A stretch of DNA of 41,880 bases from Omnitrophica bacterium GWA2_41_15 (lineage in GTDB: Bacteria; Omnitrophota; Gorgyraeia; Gygaellales; UBA12090). The translations under genes and the position numbers were made by a program. This document shows positions 37,923-41,880 of this stretch, piece by piece (position 1 is the stretch's first letter; the number at the start of each line of letters is the position of its first letter). Where the stretch lies: positions 1 through 41,880 of the forward strand of contig CAKKRH010000030.1 in NCBI GenBank assembly GCA_919902675.1. Direction: 5' to 3'. The notes under the pieces are model-generated. The model had not been told where the DNA came from. It saw nothing but the letters and a program-made list of their open reading frames with translations, and made no database searches.

Positions 37923-38369
37923 ATGGCTTTAAACGCATTGATATCAGTAAAAGGCGCTAAAAAAAGAAAAAAGCTGGTAGGCCGCGGCCCGGGTTCAGGG
38001 CACGGAAAAACTTCAACTCGTGGCCATAAAGGGCAAAGGTCCCGCTCGGGAAGGGATTTTTATCTTGGATTTGAGGGGGGGCAATCCCCCCTGATTCGCA
38101 GGATTCCCAAAAGGGGTTTCAATCATCGTAAAAGAAATAACTATCAGATAGTAAATATCAACAGCTTAAATAGATTTTCCAAAGATTCGATTGTAGACGC
38201 GGCCTCACTACTCAAGAGTGGCTTAATAGAAGATGCCATGGGTTTGGTAAAGATCCTGGGAGATGGTGATTTAGCTCATCCTTTGACGGTCAAGGCCCAT
38301 AAGTTTTCTAAGGCTGCCGGCGAAAGAATAGAAAAGGCCGGAGGAAAAATAACAGTTATAGAGTTATAG
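37923..38369 (+). CDS. rplO: 50S ribosomal protein L15
   Basis: [27 protein letters not shown]. Confidence 0.99.
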   Translation: MALNALISVKGAKKRKKLVGRGPGSGHGKTSTRGHKGQRSRSGRDFYLGFEGGQSPLIRRIPKRGFNHRKRNNYQIVNINSLNRFSKDSIVDAASLLKSGLIEDAMGLVKILGDGDLAHPLTVKAHKFSKAAGERIEKAGGKITVIEL

Positions 38370-38466
38370 AGTTAAATCCAAAAAAACAAACTCAACAAAC
38401 TCAACAAACTCAACAAACTCAACAAACTCAACAAACTCAATAAACTCAATAAACTCAATAACTCTA
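38354..38466. repeat. Family C element with expanded right arm, (AACTCAACA)x5 (AACTCAATA)x3
   Basis: Left arm AGTTATAG AGTTATAG AGTTAAATCC overlaps the last rplO codons; tandem array 38389-38460. Confidence 0.92.
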
Positions 38467-38467
38467 A

Positions 38468-39808
38468 ATGCTGGGCGCTTTTAAGAATATATTTAAGATT
38501 CAGGATTTAAAGCACAAGGTTATAATTACCTTGGCCTTAATAGCGGTTTACCGCGTAGGCGGCTTTATTCCTGTTCCCGGAATTGATTCTCAGGCCTTAG
38601 CCGAGTTCTTTGACAGAATTGCCAAAAGCCAGGGTGGGTCAATCTTAGGGATCATGAATATGTTTTCCGGAGGTTCTCTGGAAAAATTGACTATCTTTGC
38701 CCTGGGGATAATGCCTTATATCTCTAGTTCAATAATAATCCAGCTCTTAACCGCGGTTATTCCGGCTTTGGAAAAAATTTCTAAAGAAGGAAGAGCCGGC
38801 CACCAAAAGATAAATCAGTATACCCGTTATGCCACGGTGGGCCTGGCCCTAATTCAGTCATATTTTATCGCCTTATGGCTGGAGCATCCGGGGAGACTTT
38901 TAGAGGGTTTAAGTATTGTGACTGACCCGGGATTAGGTTTTAGATTCATTACCGTGATTACCCTGACCACCGGTACTATTTTTATTATGTGGTTAGGTGA
39001 GCAGGTCCAGGAAAGAGGTATCGGAAACGGCATTTCTTTGATTATTACCGCTGGGATTATTTCGAGTATCCCGGCCGCTGTTCAGCAGCTAATTATGTAT
39101 GTTTCACCTAAAACTCGCCAGCTTCATCCGGCGACTCTGGTGGTTATGGCGGCCTTGCTGGTATTCGTAGTTTTGGCGGTTATCTTTGTTACTCAGGGCC
39201 AGCGCAAGATACCGGTGCAATACGCCAGACGGGTGGTGGGAAGAAAGGTCTTTGGCGGACAATCAACCTACATACCTCTAAAGGTGGATACCTCAGGGGT
39301 AATCGCGATTATCTTTGCCCAATCTATCATTATGTTTCCGGCAACTCTGGCCTCTTTTATTCCCAATCCGGCATTCCAGAGAATGTCTAATTTCCTTATG
39401 CGCGGGCATATAGTCTATACCGCAATGTACGCTCTTTTGATAATTTTCTTTTGCTATTTTTACACGGCTATTGTTTTTAATCCCAAAGACATTTCGGATA
39501 ACTTGAAAAAATACGGCGGTTTTATCCCCGGGATCAGGCCGGGTTCTCCCACTACGGAGTTTCTGGATTTTGTGATGACCAGGATTACTTTGGCCGGCGC
39601 GATATTTATCGCGGTTATTGCTATTTTGCCGGATTTCGTAATGGCCACCCTGAAAGTTCCTTATTTAGTCGCTTCATTCTTCGGCGGAACAGGAATTCTT
39701 ATTGTTGTCGGAGTAATGCTGGACACCCTTAAACAGATCGAATCTCAGCTTTTGATGCGTAACTACGAAGGTTTTATTAAGAGCGGCCGTATCCATGGTA
39801 GACGTTAG
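38468..39808 (+). CDS. secY: Preprotein translocase SecY
   Basis: IFALGIMPYISSSIIIQL, WLGEQ...GIGNGISL, GFIPGIRPG, GGTGILIVVGV; multiple TMs. Confidence 0.99.
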   Translation: MLGAFKNIFKIQDLKHKVIITLALIAVYRVGGFIPVPGIDSQALAEFFDRIAKSQGGSILGIMNMFSGGSLEKLTIFALGIMPYISSSIIIQLLTAVIPALEKISKEGRAGHQKINQYTRYATVGLALIQSYFIALWLEHPGRLLEGLSIVTDPGLGFRFITVITLTTGTIFIMWLGEQVQERGIGNGISLIITAGIISSIPAAVQQLIMYVSPKTRQLHPATLVVMAALLVFVVLAVIFVTQGQRKIPVQYARRVVGRKVFGGQSTYIPLKVDTSGVIAIIFAQSIIMFPATLASFIPNPAFQRMSNFLMRGHIVYTAMYALLIIFFCYFYTAIVFNPKDISDNLKKYGGFIPGIRPGSPTTEFLDFVMTRITLAGAIFIAVIAILPDFVMATLKVPYLVASFFGGTGILIVVGVMLDTLKQIESQLLMRNYEGFIKSGRIHGRR

Positions 39809-39940
39809 TGCGCTGTTACATAAAATTTTTAATAACAGCGCACAGAGCAATTGAGCAATAGAAAATAGAACAATAGACAAACAAAAGCTCAATTGCGGTC
39901 TAATGCTCTATTGTTCAAAAACTAATTTAACGGTGCGCTA
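39806..39940. mobile_element. MITE-like element with TA-bounded terminal IRs and internal 8-mer palindrome
   Basis: TAGTGCGCTGTTA (39806-39818) / TAACGGTGCGCTA (39928-39940); internal perfect stem 39808-39818/39833-39843; RGARCAAT octamers and their inverse; second copy at 41826. Confidence 0.7.
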
Positions 39941-39942
39941 TA

Positions 39943-40593
39943 ATGATAATAATCCTTCTGGGCCCTCCGGGGGCCGGTAAAGGCACTCAAGCCAAGATAT
40001 TATGCCAGAGATTGAAAATAGTCCATATATCCACTGGAGATATCCTGCGGGAGGCGATTAAAAGCAATACCGCCTTAGGGCAGGAGGCGGCCAAGTATGT
40101 GGAGCGCGGCGAGTTGGTTCCTGATAGTCTGGTAACCAAGATGGCTCAGGAGCGCTTGACTTGCGATGACGCTAAAGAAGGGTTTATTTTAGATGGCTTC
40201 CCTCGGAATCTCTCCCAGGCAGAATCGCTGGATGAGTTTTTTAATAGCAATGGCTTGTTAGATTATTCTGTTATATACTTAGAAACAAGCGAGACCACTA
40301 TAATTAAACGGCTTACCGGGCGCAGGATATGTAAAAACTGCCAGGCGGTTTATCATTTGATTAATGTTCCGTCAAGAAAAGAAGGTATCTGTGATACTTG
40401 TGGCTCAGAGCTTTATCAGCGTCCGGATGACAGCGAATCAACCATAAAAAACAGGCTTCAGGTGTATGAGCGTATGACAGCTCCGGTTGTGGCATATTAT
40501 TCTCATAAGGGCAAGTTGCTTCATATATCCGCGGATAATGAGGCGGAGAAGGTGATAGAAGCTATATTAAAGTTTCTTGGCAAGGATAGCTAA
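39943..40593 (+). CDS. adk: Adenylate kinase (Zn-lid type)
   Basis: GPPGAGKGTQ, HISTGD, FILDGFPR, CKNC...CDTC lid. Confidence 0.99.
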   Translation: MIIILLGPPGAGKGTQAKILCQRLKIVHISTGDILREAIKSNTALGQEAAKYVERGELVPDSLVTKMAQERLTCDDAKEGFILDGFPRNLSQAESLDEFFNSNGLLDYSVIYLETSETTIIKRLTGRRICKNCQAVYHLINVPSRKEGICDTCGSELYQRPDDSESTIKNRLQVYERMTAPVVAYYSHKGKLLHISADNEAEKVIEAILKFLGKDS

Positions 40594-40620
40594 GGGCCTG
40601 ATAAAAAGCTGTAGGCAATA

Positions 40621-40657
40621 TTTTTTCCGTGAACTGTCAACTGCCAACTGTGAACTA
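40621..40657 (-). repeat. Family B heptamer array, inverted, abutting the map start
   Basis: Reverse complement T AGTTCAC AGTTGGC AGTTGAC AGTTCAC GGAAAAAA; same layout as 9483-9519. Confidence 0.82.
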
Positions 40658-40659
40658 AA

Positions 40660-41406
40660 TTGATTCCTGTAAAGTCAGCTTATGAGCTTAAGGCAATGCG
40701 GGAGGCAGGGGCATTGCTGGCCAAGATAGTTGATAAGATACGCGGTAAAATTAAAACCGGAATATCTACCGAAGAAATTGATAAGATTGCTGAGGAGCTG
40801 ATTCTTGGAGAGGGCGCGCTTCCGGCATTCAAGGGATATCGCGGTTTTCCGGCGAGCGTGTGCGCTTCGCTCAATGAGGAAGTGGTACATGGCATACCTT
40901 CGGGCAGATGCCTGAAGGATGGCGACCTGCTTAAGCTGGATATAGGCATCAACCTTAATGGTTTTTTTTCAGATTACGCCTTTACCTTTGCTATAGGTAA
41001 TATCAGTGGACGCGCCAGACGCCTTATTGAAGCAGCTAAAAAATCCCTGGAGCTGGGTATTCGTGAGGCCAGGGTGAATAACCGCCTTTTTGATATTTCC
41101 TGGGCTATACAGAATTATATAGAATCGCAGGGGTTTTCCGTGGTGAGGGATTTTGTGGGACACGGCATAGGCAGGGATATGCATGAGCCTCCTGAGGTGC
41201 CTAATTTTGGCCAGCCTCATAGCGGACCCTTGTTGCGGGAAGGCATGGTTTTAGCGATTGAGCCGATGGTTAATGCCGGAAATTGGCAGGTTAGAATCAG
41301 TGAAAACGGCTGGACCGCGCTGGCTAAAGACGGATTAGAATCCGCTCACTTCGAACATACTGTGGCGATTACCGCCGCCGGCCCTGAAATATTGACTAAG
41401 GTTTAA
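40660..41406 (+). CDS. map: Methionine aminopeptidase type I (TTG start)
   Basis: SLNEEVVHGIP, LDIG...FSD, GHGIG...HEPP, AIEPM, SAHFEHT. Confidence 0.98.
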   Translation: MIPVKSAYELKAMREAGALLAKIVDKIRGKIKTGISTEEIDKIAEELILGEGALPAFKGYRGFPASVCASLNEEVVHGIPSGRCLKDGDLLKLDIGINLNGFFSDYAFTFAIGNISGRARRLIEAAKKSLELGIREARVNNRLFDISWAIQNYIESQGFSVVRDFVGHGIGRDMHEPPEVPNFGQPHSGPLLREGMVLAIEPMVNAGNWQVRISENGWTALAKDGLESAHFEHTVAITAAGPEILTKV

Positions 41407-41421
41407 TCCGTAAAACGTAAA

Positions 41422-41640
41422 ATGGCCAAAGAAGAAGCGATTGAGGTTGAGGGGGTAGTAAAAGAATCTTTACCGAATGCGATGTTTAGAGTGGAATTGG
41501 AGAATGGCCATGTTGTCTTGGCCCATGTCTCAGGTAAGATGCGGATGCACTTTATCCGGATCCTTCCCGGTGATAAGGTAAAAATGGAATTATCGCCATA
41601 CGATTTAACCAAAGGCAGAATAACTTTTAGGGTAAAATGA
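41422..41640 (+). CDS. infA: Translation initiation factor IF-1
   Basis: [31 protein letters not shown]. Confidence 0.99.
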   Translation: MAKEEAIEVEGVVKESLPNAMFRVELENGHVVLAHVSGKMRMHFIRILPGDKVKMELSPYDLTKGRITFRVK

Positions 41641-41712
41641 ACCCCGCTCTTCCTTCAGGATTTTCCATGCTGAATAAAGAGAAGGGTTATAATAGAAAAG
41701 GAAGGGCGGGGT
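41641..41712 (+). promoter_or_regulatory. 15-bp RNA stem spanning the infA-rpmJ spacer and covering the rpmJ initiation site
   Basis: ACCCCGCTCTTCCTT (41641-41655) pairs with AAGGAAGGGCGGGGT (41698-41712): 14 Watson-Crick pairs + 1 U.G. Confidence 0.6.
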
Positions 41713-41824
41713 GAAAGTAAAATCTTCAGTAAAAAGAATTTGCGACCGCTGTAAAATAATTAAGCGCTGCGGAGTAGTAAGGGTTATCTGCACTAATCCT
41801 AAACATAAACAGAGACAAGGATAG
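41711..41824 (+). CDS. rpmJ: 50S ribosomal protein L36 (GTG start); not in the ORF track
   Basis: Manual translation [37 protein letters not shown]. Confidence 0.97.
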   Translation: MKVKSSVKRICDRCKIIKRCGVVRVICTNPKHKQRQG

Positions 41825-41825
41825 C

Positions 41826-41880
41826 TTAGTGCGCTGTTACATAAAATTTTTAATAACAGCGCGAGAGAGCAATTGAGCAA
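41826..41880. mobile_element. Second copy of the secY-adk MITE-like element, cut by the window edge
   Basis: First 37 nt identical to 39805-39841, then AGAGCAATTGAGCAA also shared. Confidence 0.75.

Noticed and set aside
3955-38466. Repeats as a CRISPR array
   Set aside because: No regularly spaced identical 23-47 bp repeats with unique spacers, and no cas genes. Copies are dispersed singly or are pure tandem arrays.
241-41880. Minus-strand and alternative-frame ORFs of 60-160 aa in the ORF track
   Set aside because: They are shadows of well-supported + strand genes or read through repeats (e.g. 1057-1329, 29800-30003, 39674-39892, 41605-41880), with no recognisable motifs.

Overview
Bacterial chromosomal window with every supported gene on the + strand. 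Gene content (no rpmD, RpoB FGRSQLSQ variant, pseudopilin cluster) suggests a PVC-group organism such as Ca. Omnitrophota; that is inference. 1-6.9 kb: two-component signalling cluster (three histidine kinases, REC-PilZ, REC-REC, single REC). 6.9-12.7 kb: secreted HExxH peptidase-like gene and a partial T2SS/type IV filament cluster (gspG, gspI/J-like, gspK, PilM-PilN fusion, PilO/GspM). 12.7-41.9 kb: the core translation/transcription supercluster (tRNA-Thr, rpmG, tRNA-Trp, secE, nusG, rplKAJL, rpoBC, rpsLG, fusA, tuf, S10 and spc genes without rpmD, secY, adk, map, infA, rpmJ). The unusual signal is non-coding. Most intergenic gaps longer than about 25 bp are built from imperfect palindromes or arrays of degenerate 7-, 8-, 9- or 10/11-mer units, in several distinct sequence families with similar architecture. 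They often begin at a stop codon or end at a start codon. They include a 133-bp element present twice in opposite orientation 28.6 kb apart (5 mismatches), about 180-bp direct repeats bracketing a pseudopilin gene, and expanded 9-mer arrays directly before rplF and secY. No transposase or other cognate enzyme is encoded in the window. All alignments and counts were done by eye.
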